Source: Hydrolagus colliei (lineage: Eukaryota). From it: DNA of 64,000 nt. A program made the translations under genes and the position numbers. Where the stretch lies: contig CM068756.1 of assembly GCA_035084275.1 (NCBI GenBank), positions 14,942,001-15,006,000 on the forward strand, read 5' to 3'. Below are positions 35,262 through 46,364 of this stretch, piece after piece (the first letter of the stretch is position 1; every line of letters begins with the position of its first letter). The notes below the pieces were generated by a model that was not told where the DNA came from, did no database searches, and saw only the letters and a list, made by a program, of their open reading frames with translations.

Positions 35262-36109
35262 TGTTAGAGTTGGTGAAGAACTGGTTAAAATTAGTATAGA
35301 CTGTTAAAAACAGAGAGTGGGCTAGAATGATGCTATGTGATGTTTTTGTATAACTGCTGTAGAAGATAAGGGAAGTTGCTGCACATAGTTTGAGTTGTCA
35401 AGGTCACCATTAGAAACCGGCTAGAACAGACTGCGATAAGAAGAGCTTGTTTGCGAAGAAAGGCAGAGTTGGGTGTAAAAGAGAATGTGAATAAGCACGA
35501 GATTGGCATGAGATGTTCACGTGAACACCATGTGTCCAAGAAAGGATAAAAGTGTTGAGACAAAGGAATAGAGCAGAGACGGAGGAGCAGAAGGAGAAGG
35601 ACCTGATGGAAGATACTGTAATGTGACAGTAGCCAGGCCGCTCTCGAGAAAGGGAAACAACTGATGGAAGAGCTGTAACGTGACAGCAGATCCCCAAAGA
35701 GATCAACACCCCTACTTTTCCCCGAGACCGATTGAGAAGAGGCAAGGAAGAGAAAGGACTATTCCATTTTAACCTGAAGAATGCGTGCCGGGTAGTGTAT
35801 TGGTGTATGAGATTGCATTATGAGAAACCTAGTGTATTTGGGCGTCATCATAACAGATGGATGACAGGTAAACTCCAAAAGTGAAGACTAGGGCGTAATG
35901 CGATATTGAGACCCGAGGTAGAATCGGATAAGAGGGAATAGGCGAAAAGGTTGAACAAAGTAAAAGAAGAATCGAAAGGGAACAGAAGCAATGGAGTGGT
36001 TGGCTTTTGCATGCATTGTAGTCGTTTTATATGCTTTAGTGTCAGCTCAATGAGTATACCTGAATAAACGAATCTGTTTTAAAAGAGACGAGTAATTTAA
36101 TCTCTAACA
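35262..36109 (+). mobile_element. Solo LTR, 848 bp
   Basis: TGTTAGAG...CTCTAACA perfect 8-bp terminal inverted repeat; 4-bp TSD CTCA (35258-35261, 36110-36113); AATAAA near the 3' end. Confidence 0.85.
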
Positions 36110-38601
36110 CTCACACACTGAACGTATTATATTTGCAGATTAATCAATATGGAAGTGTCTTGGCAAACTATTAAGCGTTTCCCTCATCCAGACAACCTGT
36201 ACACGCTAAGAAGCAGCTTTAGGATTCTCACTCGATGTTGAGCGGTTAGTGTGTCTGCACAGGGCTGGGCTCAGCGCACAATCGGAGTCGGGTGAAACTC
36301 ACTGAGAGTTGTCCAACCCGAGGTTGTGACAGGCTCCAATAAAACAGGAAATTATCAATGCAGTTGGCGACACGTGTACACTGTGTGGTCAGGTATATAC
36401 CGTGTGAGAAACCACGGCTTCCAATCCAGCAACAGTCACGCAATGTCACAACAGAACCAGCCAGAGGCCGAGTGAGGGTCGCCGCCACTGTGGGTTTCTC
36501 ACTCCAGAAAAACAAACTCAGCGACAATACAGCAGCGAGAGCCGAGACACAGGTGGGAGACAACACCCGCAGAGAACACAGGCTTGTACAGCAGCTACAG
36601 ACCAGGTTACTGTAGTAACTCACAGCAGGAAACAGTGACACAGACCAACCTGCCCGGCAGTCCCGCCTTGTAAACTTTATTAAAATGTTTCCCACAAAAC
36701 TGCGGGTACTTGTGGCTTTCGTTGCTTGAGGATGTTTCTCCTCGACGTTTTACTGGATATTATTCCCGATTGGCGCAAATCTTTACACACCAGCAACAAA
36801 TATACATTCCGATTATTAAAAGTGACATTGTGTTTTGTGAACATTTTAATAGCGGAGACCAGTGACGATATATCGGGGTTTGCAGCGGTTGTCAATATGA
36901 GCTCCACCTCCTGATGAGTTAAGCACAACCACAGTCACATTCTCGGCCTGTCTCAGTCCAGGGTGAGTATCGCTCGGCATCTGTATCGATCATGAATGCT
37001 GTCCCGCGGTGCTGTGGTTCACTCTCTAGAGACAGACTGACATAACCCCCCAGGAGTGATCTCAGTAAATATCTGTTTAATTGATGGGGGAGCGGACAGG
37101 GCGTCAATACAGTGGAGAGGAATTCTTGTACAAAATATGATAAACTGTGATGAGGAAAGCGGTTGAACCGGGAGCAGGGAGATAAGGTTTGATTGCTTAA
37201 CTTTGATTATTTACTCAACAAAGATTCACAACCGACAGAAAAAAACATTGATCCGGAAACATTTATGGTTCACAGTTCCGCAGCCCCACGTACACAGTAT
37301 TCTGTGAAATCATTAACACTTCTATAGCATATTGTACAAGGTCCAGCTGTGACAAAACAACAACAATAATGTACCTTCACATGTAGCGACTGTCACCTGA
37401 AGAGAGGATCCCAAACCACCTGGTGCTGAGACGCGGGGGGAGAACATGGGGGAGGACAGCTTTACTGTTCGGTTCTGAAGTCAACAACAACATCAACAAC
37501 AAGGTCAGGTGTGGGAAACGGGGGAGGGATTCTCTTTAATAGAGTTCCAAACTGGGGAACCGAGTTTGTGAGAGATCAGGTCCAGGGATGGGGCAGATCA
37601 GTCATTGGGACATGGGATACTTGTGTAGTTGCTGAGCGGATGGAGTACAAGGAGGACAGTGAGGCCATTTTAATCGTGAGATAAACATTCGCAATTGGAT
37701 TTGCTGGGGATTGGAAGCCAGTGAAACCAAACCAGGATGGAGGTGAAGGAGAAGTCCAGGAGAAGGGCTTTAGTCCAGGAGAAGGGCTGCACGGAGCAGG
37801 AGGGTCTGCAGCTTGTGTATGGAGACGCTGGGAGAGCCCGTGAGTTGGGAAGTTGATTGATCAAACCTGGATGGAAAGACTCCATCAGTGTCTCCCCAGC
37901 CATGGAGAGCGGTGGCCACTGATTCAGGTGATGTTGGGAATGTGCCGGAAAGCGATTGACAGCCAAGAAGGACGGCTGTTTTGCGGGGTCAGTCGTTGCC
38001 TGGCGGTTTGTGGGATCCCATCTCCATGCTCAAACCCATCACACCCATCCTCGCCCGAACTCACCGGCTTCCCATCACACAGAGGGTCCCAGTTCTCACC
38101 CTCAACTACAAATGTAATGGTTATTGTATTTCATGCTGGGCAAAGCAACACCGCAATACTAGGGAAGTCCACGAGTTTAATCCAAACGAGTTTGTTCACC
38201 GCAATCTTTGCTTCAGAGATGAGTGTGATATCAAGCCAGCTGAACTTACATTGAAACCACAAAGCCTGTGTATATTTATTACACTGTTATCACACAGCCT
38301 GTCCAGAATGGGACGGTTTATACCTGTCAGGTGCCTCACCTCAGCCTCCAGACTCCAGCAATTGGCAACTACACGGTTCAGTTTCCTCCTCAAGGTAGGA
38401 ATCCAAACGTGTCGGTGTTAACTGTTTCTCACAAGAACATTTCCTTCTTTCGATTTTCACCGCGAAAGTCAGCCATGTAACTTGCTTCATGTAAAATATA
38501 AATCGCTTTCATATTTTAATGGAGAACATTTGAATTGTTGTGAACGCATAATATCACCTACCCTTGAAATGTTAACACTTCGGGTTTCAAACGTTAGACA
38601 T

Positions 38602-39396
38602 TGTTGCGATTCATGAGTTTGTGCGTCTTGTTAAGTTGATGCCTCATGTTAATTCGGCATCAAGGTGTGGACTGTTGCGATTTGTAAAATCAATCCAATC
38701 ATTGTAGGGCATGTATCCAGCCTAATATGGGCATTGCTGGTCATGTGATATTTAGGCGCCAAACAGTGTGTACTTGCCAAAGTAAGCATGGTCAATGGGT
38801 ACAAGGCCAGAGTGAGGTCTTGCAATTGGCTGAGTAACTGTTCTGGGGACACGTGACCGCAAGAGCCTTGACCTTTTTAAAAGCGTCGAGACAAAGGAAT
38901 AAGCGGAGCGGAGACAGAGGAGAAGGACCTGATGGAAGACACTGTAACTGACAGTAGCCAGGCCGCTCTCGAGAAGGAGAAACAACTGATGGAAGATACT
39001 GTAACCGACAGTAGGTTGCAGAGGATAAAGAATCAACCTCTTGCTGGACAGTATACACCACCAAACAGAGCAGAGTATTGGGGTGGACAGTATACACCAC
39101 CAAACAGAGGAGAGTATTGGGGTGGACAGTATACACCACTAAACAGAGGAGAGTATTGGGGTGGACACTATACACCACCAAACAGAGCAGAGTATTGGGG
39201 TGGACACTATACACCACCAAACAGAGGAGAGTATTGGGTTGCAGAGGATAAAGAATCAATCTCTTGCTGGACAGTATACACCATTAAGGGATCCCTGTGT
39301 TTAGTGTCAAGCCCTGACGGGTTAGCCTGAATAAACAACCTGGTTTGATGAGATACGACTCTAGTGCATTTCACTCATTGGTCGAAATCTCTAACA
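38602..39396 (+). mobile_element. Solo LTR, 795 bp, related to the one at 35262
   Basis: TGTT...CTCTAACA; 4-bp TSD ACAT (38598-38601, 39397-39400); shares the GGAGAAGGACCTGATGGAAGA...GCCAGGCCGCTCTCGAGAA block; AATAAA near 39330. Confidence 0.85.
39046..39240 (+). repeat. 39-bp minisatellite, five copies, inside the solo LTR
   Basis: Unit GGACAGTATACACCACCAAACAGAG(C/G)AGAGTATTGGGGT starting at 39046, 39085, 39124, 39163 and 39202. Confidence 0.95.
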
Positions 39397-42300
39397 ACAT
39401 CTAATACATTCTTTCCAAGAACGCGAGTATGAAAGTGAATTTCCATCCCTCAACCTCTTAATTACGAGTTAACATTATGTCCCCCTCTATTTCATCTCAC
39501 GACCCATCTTCAGCACCGCTTTATTAAACAATTTTAAAATGATTTGCTCTCAGGCATTTTACAAAGATGCTTTCATTCAAAACCCAGTCCCACGATTTCT
39601 CTGGAGCCGCAGCTGAGACTGGAAGATGATCCTGTGGATGATGATCTCCAGGATATGTTGTTTCACCCCATAATAGCTCAGCATATTTTCATCCGATCTT
39701 AATTTGGCTGCATTTGGCAATTTTTTATACATGCCTCCATCTGCAGCTGTATCCCCATAAAACAACTAAGATAGCTGCCGCAGATCTACTTTTCTGATAA
39801 TAAATACATTCACCCACAAAATATAGAGTCATAAAAACACTTGGCAACACAGTTTCCTGCGAGGCGCTTTGAGACGTCTGCCTGGTGTAATAAACCGCTA
39901 TGTCAAATGCAAGGATTCTTATTTATTATTATTGTTGTCGAGAGGTTTCGTTGTCCGACATGAAAGGGGCTATACAAATGTAATTCTGTTGTTGTTGTTG
40001 TCTACAGTTGCCTCTCTGTTAAATAATAAACTTTCTCTCTCCCTTACTATTCAGTAGGAAAAAAATCAAATACCTTATTTTAAACGGGTCAAACACAACC
40101 TGATAGAGAAGCAGGAAACAAGTTCCATGAAACATCTCGGTTTCCATTTGTTTTATATATTGTTCTTCAATTTTTTTTAAAATGATCCTAATTTGTGCTG
40201 AAACACATTATTCTTTCTGATGAATTGTGTAATTATTGAAACAGTAAACCACTGGATCACTAGTGTCTAATTCCATTTCTCATCTCACAGTTTCCAAGCC
40301 AACCATCCCACAAATCAAATTGTTGGGTTTACTCTAAGATCACTGTGCCAAAATTGGATGCCGCGATCGCCCCCGAAATACACAATCACAACATTTTACA
40401 CTGCATCATGTGAAGCGTTACGAGAGGCTTTGACCATGCGATAACATTAGCTGGAGTGCTCTGAGACGCCGTCCGGCCTGGAGGGCGCTATATAAATCGA
40501 AGTTGTTGTTGTTGTTGTTATATCAAATACACACTTCATCATATCATTCCTATGATGTCGGCTACAGTAAGAAATAATGAGCTTCCTGAAACATTACCCA
40601 TCACCGGGTCTGCAGTGGGGGGTGCTTTTCTTGGTGCTGTTGGTGTACATGCGAACGCGCTTTCAGTTAAAGAAAATGAAAGGTAAGGTTCAAATTATTT
40701 TGTTTCGGTTAATGGTGAAAGCTTGATTTTAGTACATGTAAGTGTGAAAGTGCTATATCTCTCTGGCAATGCACAGATACAGATTTTCATAGAAAAATAG
40801 AAACTCTGGATGTCCAATTGTTTTTACTCTTATCATTCTTCACTGGAGATTCAGTAAAATTTCAGTTATATTTCTTTCATTTTAGGGGTGCTCAGGAAAC
40901 AGAATGATTGTGACCACTGTACCCAGCAGGTAATATACATCCCAGGCAGTGTTTACTACCCAAAGGGTGATTGATAACATTGAAAAAGATTTTGTTGTTT
41001 ATAACTGGATGAGAATGCTTTTACAATATTTCTTACCTGACTGACAGTTTCACTGTGTCACTCAAAATATGTTCACACCAATATGAGTCATCTGGTCTTG
41101 AGAAAAGACCATATATTTGGGTAAAAGTTGAAAGTTGCAGTTTGTGATTTTCAGGTACTGCCAGGAGGAGATGCTGAGATGGTGATTTATATGACACTGG
41201 ATCTGAAAAGTTCCAATAATCGTTCAAGACCCAAACATCAGGAAGATAGCACAGTTTATGCCAAGGTACATTTGAAAAACATAACATCGACATTTACAAT
41301 CACGCTATTCTAACCGTAAGAGATAGATTGAAGCTCATGTGTTCTGTATTGGACACCTCACTTCAGGAAAGATGTTAGAACATACAGAGAAGAATTGTGA
41401 AATATGGTTTATAGAAACCGTATACAGAAATAAATTATTCCCATTGTTCAGGGAGTCAGCAAGTAGAGGACAAGTATAAGGTGGTCACATGGAGTGAAAG
41501 AAATGTATCTTTTTAAACACAAGGAGTTGTTTTGGTACAATATGAGATGCAGAGTCTGTTGCAAGTTTCAAGAGAGAAGTAGAAAGGTACATGAAAAATA
41601 TGCTTCACCGGGCCTCTACTCTGTTTATACAACCTCGACAAGTTATCCCAAATATTGTTTATTTGTGAGTGGGCCTTGACAGTGAATCCAGAAGGAAGTA
41701 GATAGGTACTTGAAAAATATGCTAACCCTAAACCTAGTCCAATTATTCAGGAACACCATAACTTATTCCCCCACCAAAGAAAATTATGTGCGAGCCTAGA
41801 TAGTTAGTGCATTAATCTAGGCTGCTTGATAGACATCAGAGCTGAATGGAAACTGTCTCACGCATCTCTTTCCAAAAGACAATTGGCGAATCGCACACTA
41901 TCCGAGAGTCTCTCCTGCTTCCCAGACAAGTACGTTGAGGCCATTTGCTGCATCCATGGACAACTCTGGGAGGGAGGTGGGTACCTCTGGGTTCTTATGG
42001 ATGGGTTTGGAACTGAACAATTGTCTTTGCAATTCAGCTGCTGCAGGAGAAGCAATTGAGTATTATTTTTTACCAAAAGACTGAATTAATCATTCGATAA
42101 CAACGTTTAAAAGCAAGGTAGACATTTATTTGGGGAGGACGGGTTTGCGAGGTTATGGGGAGAGAGCTGGGGAGTGGGATAAAATTGTTGTTTTTAAAGA
42201 GCCAGCACAGACTCGATGGGCTGAATGGCCTCCTTTTGTACCATAAGATTCTATGATTCTAAGATTCTATGATAATTAAATTCCAATTACTTGATTTTTT

Positions 42301-43140
42301 ATAGATCAACCAAAACACAGAAGACAATAAGCAGGTAAATGCTGCTTTGGAGTTTTCTGGCCTGGAGAAAGTAGGAAAACCTAAGAGAAGTGATCCAAAT
42401 ACAGTGTATGCCTTGGTGCAGGTGAGAAATCATGAAGGACATTGGAGCCCATTTACAGGGAATCAAAATCAATGATGTGTTGTATTAATTGGTGCAAGAG
42501 CTTATTATTAGATCAAAGGGATGGTAGTTTCCCTACTATACAAAATAATGTGTAAAGTAATGCCATGTTACTTGTCTATCACTGAGCCCAGTGCAGCTAA
42601 ACATCACTGTCAAGTGCATACCTACATTCATTGGCACTGCTTTCCAATTTGAAAACTACCAATGGCCACCAGAATGATTTCCATCTCCCCTCTCCCTGTG
42701 TGCACATACTCACATCAATAGATATAATTTATAAACCAATACTTAGTATAATGGTTGTATTCTCTGTGATAGAGATTGAGTTCTCCCACACCAAATGTTG
42801 TGCTGCTAGTGCACAACCATTATTTCCAGAGGACACTGCAGTTTAACAATCATAGAATCCTGCCAGAGAAGGGAAATAGGCCATTCTTTCCAAACCAAGC
42901 TGCACTCATGTCTTTTCCACACTAGTTAACCCAATCTAAAATTTCCATTGGCTCCTCAATCCATTGAGCTCTTCCTTCATTACAAATTGGTCATTTTCAA
43001 ACCACGACTGTTTGTGGGACACTGCTGTGTGCAATTGGCTGCCGCATTTCACCCACAGATACACAGTAATTCACTTTACAGTATATTCTGTGAAGAGCTT
43101 TGAAACATCGATAAGATGTGAAAAGAGCTATATCAAACAT

Positions 43141-43465
43141 GGAGCTCCTGTGGCTCAGTGGCTAGAGCACTAGCCTTAAAGGTGTGAGACCTATGTTCGA
43201 ATCCAGGCACATCAGAGTGAAACCTTAGGCAAGTTTCCTCTACTCTACATGCCAAATAATAATCCATTAAAAAAAACACAATTTAAAAAAATTGGTCATT
43301 TCAATCCATGGCTGTTTGCGGGACACTGTTGTGCGCAATTGTCTGCTGCATTTCACCTACAAGTATACAGTCATTTCCCTATACAATGTATTCTATGAAG
43401 TGCTTGAGACATCATTAAGATGTGAAAAGCGCTATATCAAATGCAAGGATTATTTATTATTATTG
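43141..43465 (+). mobile_element. Full-length SINE abutting the last I3 exon
   Basis: A box TGGCTCAGTGG, B box GTTCGAATCC, family body and tail. Confidence 0.85.
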
Positions 43466-43899
43466 GTTTTACAGGCCAAGCAAGGGGCAGCTGCTGACAA
43501 ACTGACATGCTGTTTTAGAATTTTCTGCCTCCAAGACAACAAGAAAACCTAAACACAGTGACAAGAATACAGAGTATGCCGAGATACAGGTGAAAAAAAA
43601 CCAGAGTAGCAATAGAAGCCATCACAAACCATGGAACAGGATCCAAATAATCTTACAGTGATAGGTGCAGAAGCTGATTAGAGTTCGGTACAATGTTAGC
43701 CATTTCAATGTGGAAAGTAATCCTGGTTAAATTTATTTCCGGATTAAATACTCATCAGTGATGTTTTGTATGTATCTGATCATGTTGTTAGACCTAACTG
43801 ATGAATTTTTAATTCAGAAATAGTCAATTATACTGCAATAAAGAAACATGTACCATGTTTTGTGAACTTTTCCATAAAGACCAATTCCAAATCATAAAA

Positions 43900-44445
43900 T
43901 GTGTGATTCTATGGTTCCCCTCCATCACAATCCATAAAATCCAACTCATTCAAAACTCTGCCGCCTGCATTCTCACCTGCACCAAACTTCACTCCCCCAT
44001 TACCCTAGACCTTGCCAGACTTCACGGGCTCCCTATCCCAGAGATGATCGATATCAAGATTCTCACCCTTGTCTTCAAAGCCATCATTCCTCTGCACCCC
44101 CCTACCTCTCTGTCCTCCTCTCTCCTCAAACCAGCTTCCGTTGCCTGAGCTCCACTGGATCTGGCTTCCTTCATGTCCCCCGAATCCTCCACTCCACCCT
44201 CGGCGGCCATGCTTTCAGCCTCTACGCCCCGAGGTTCTGGAATTCCCTTCCTCACTCCCTTCGCCTCGCCCCTTCTCTTCCCAGTTTCAGATCCAAGCTA
44301 AAGACCTTCTCTTCGACCGTGCATTTGGTCACCTTTCTGCCCCTGCCCCTGGCTCGGTCCCGGGATCCATTATTGTGAAGCGCTCTGAGACACCGTCCGG
44401 CATGGATGGTGCTATATAAATCAAAGTTGTTGTTATTGTTGTTGA
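43900..44445 (+). mobile_element. L2 3' fragment
   Basis: IQLIQNSAACIL...LARLHGLPI remnant and (GTT)n tail. Confidence 0.75.
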
Positions 44446-45574
44446 TTTCTCCTTTAATCATATTGTTTTTTCAATATTCACCAAATGTGGTATGCGTTAG
44501 CTTGAAATCTGGTTAACAGAATGTCAAATTAGCTCAATTCATCTTCATCGGTGAAAAAAGGCTTCTAACATTCTGTAATTAATGTGTTAAATAATATCTC
44601 AAATTATATTAGCAATATTTGAAACATGTAATGAATTACATATGATGGAAGTTGGTTGTGACTCATTTTACAGTAAAAAAAGACTGTTTATAAACAACAA
44701 ATGGTTTTCAGTCATTAACAGTAATTTTCTTATCGAAAAACCTCAACAATAACAAAATTACATTTATATAGTACCTTTCATGGTTGGTCTGCAGCTGGAG
44801 AGGGAGCTGTGTTACATTTGTTTTTGCAAAGGAACAATCTTGTAAAAAGACAATAGGAGAATGGCTATCTAATGAACTGGATAAAGAGGGGTTGATTTAA
44901 GAAAGAGGAAGGAGAAAGGAACAAATTGGAACTTGGAGTAGTGAACTCCAAGTTCACTAATTCCAGCTTCAGCAGAAAGGGAAGATCAAGACTGAGTGGA
45001 GGAACTCTGGACATACATTAGTGCTTGGATATTGAACTGGGAACTGCACAATAATACCTGGATTAGTGGAACTTAAAGAAAGATCCGCCCAATAAACATG
45101 TAGAAACATAAGACGCTGTTCTGACTTTACCTGAAGTTGTGTCGCTGGAGGTACTGTTAAAGTTAAATATAATTCAGTTTCTCTCGGAGCTGAAGATACT
45201 TCAGACTGAACTGCCAATGTCTCTGAAGCCTGTATGCATTTACAATTCCTCAGTAGGCCGCGTCTCTCAATTCCATGAATGACCAGTGAGAAATCCCACC
45301 TGGGGAACAACAGATTGACACAATTTATGTAGCATTTCAATGACCCCAATTTGGCAAATTGTTGAATTCAGTCTAAACTTTGAAGTTGTTATCTGTAGCT
45401 CTTAAAATAATGTATACAAAACGGGGGCTTCGAAATCAAAGCTGCATTAAAGAATTTGTTGCATTCTGGATGTTCAATAATGCTACATTAGTGTAGTAGT
45501 GTAGTAGATCCAGGCCAACCTACACGCCCCTGAAAAGTATCCTTAGAGGAGGGTTAATGAGGATTCCTTAGAAC

Positions 45575-46364
45575 AAGGGTCCGGCGATATATCGATATAT
45601 CACTAAAACCCGATATAATTTTCATATCGATACGCCGATAAAGGCACTTCAAAAATATCGATATATCGACTTTTCGATATATCGAGGTGAAAATCGGAAT
45701 ACCCAGAATGCTCATCTCTATACACAATGCACAGACCGAGGTGCAAAACTGCCATATTGTATTCATAGTCCTCGAATACAATATACAAGTATGAAAGGGG
45801 TGGGGGTGGGGGTGTGTGGGGAGGGGGGCGAGAGACGGCTGGGGGGGGAGGGGGCGAGAGACGGCTGGGGGGGGAGGGGGAGAGATACGGCTGGGGGGTG
45901 GGGGGGTGGGGGGGAGGGGGAGAGAGACGGCTGGGGCGGGGAGGAAGAGAGAGATGGCGGGGGGTGGGGGGGGAGGGGGAGAGAGACGGCTGGGTGGGGG
46001 TGGGGGGGGAGAGAGATGGTGGGGGGCCGGTGGGAGAGAGGGACGGTGGCGGGGGGGGGTGGGGGGCGAGACGGGGTGGATGTGATAATATAGATACATA
46101 GAGATGGGGGGGATGTGAGAGAGGAGAGAGACACAGAGACACAGACAGAAAAACACAGAGATAGAGAGAGTGAGTGTGAGAGACACAGAGAGAGAAAGAT
46201 ATTTACCTCCTGAGGAGATAGGCCCCGAATGCGCGCACACCCCGAATGCGCACACCTCGCGCATGCGCAGTACGAAAAACCCGAAAATATCGATATTTCG
46301 GTATATCTCGATATGAGCCCATCGATATATCTAAATCAGAAAATTTCTATATCGACGGACCCTA
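45575..46364. mobile_element. Non-autonomous hAT-type DNA transposon (MITE), 790 bp
   Basis: Perfect 8-bp TSD CTTAGAAC (45567-45574, 46365-46372); 17-bp TIRs with 15/17 match (TAGGGTCCGTCGATATA); many ATCGATAT subterminal repeats; G-rich core. Confidence 0.88.

Larger units (their letters stand above)
38292..43589 (+). pseudogene. Gene I3: headless inhibitory-type relic (3' third of C1, TM, linker exon, three Tyr-motif exons)
   Basis: C1 remnant 38292-38394 with G|gtagg donor; TM 40568-40682 with a +1 shift in a G6 run; linker 40886-40929; exon 0 41155-41265 (VIYMTL, TVYAK); exon a 42305-42421 (first Tyr is Asn); last exon 43475-43589 with a 2-nt deletion and TAA at 43550-43552. Confidence 0.85.

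Noticed and set aside
36379-36492. CACTGTG/CACAGTG heptamers suggesting recombination signal sequences
   Set aside because: No nonamer at 12 or 23 bp spacing and no adjacent V or J segment. The true V exons end in a splice donor, not an RSS.
36680-36928. 82-aa minus-strand ORF ending in TAA overlapping AATAAA, virus-like in layout
   Set aside because: TTG start with an in-frame stop two codons upstream; no recognisable homology; no other viral features nearby.
39046-39240. Regular short repeats resembling a CRISPR array
   Set aside because: The units are contiguous with no unique spacers, lie inside a solo LTR, and the DNA is vertebrate.
43141-43215. A-box/B-box sequences that look like tRNA genes (many copies)
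   Set aside because: Each continues into the SINE body and (TTA)n tail and lacks a complete cloverleaf; these are SINE heads.
45131-45229. Minus-strand 99-nt phase-0 exon candidate with ELYLTL, and a nearby out-of-frame YYCAV
   Set aside because: Poor polypyrimidine tract, no partner exons, non-canonical motif, and an in-frame stop just before YYCAV; most likely chance.
45554-46264. Long Pro-rich and Gly-rich ORFs (up to 236 aa) on both strands
   Set aside because: They are products of the G/C low-complexity core of the MITE and have no domain content.
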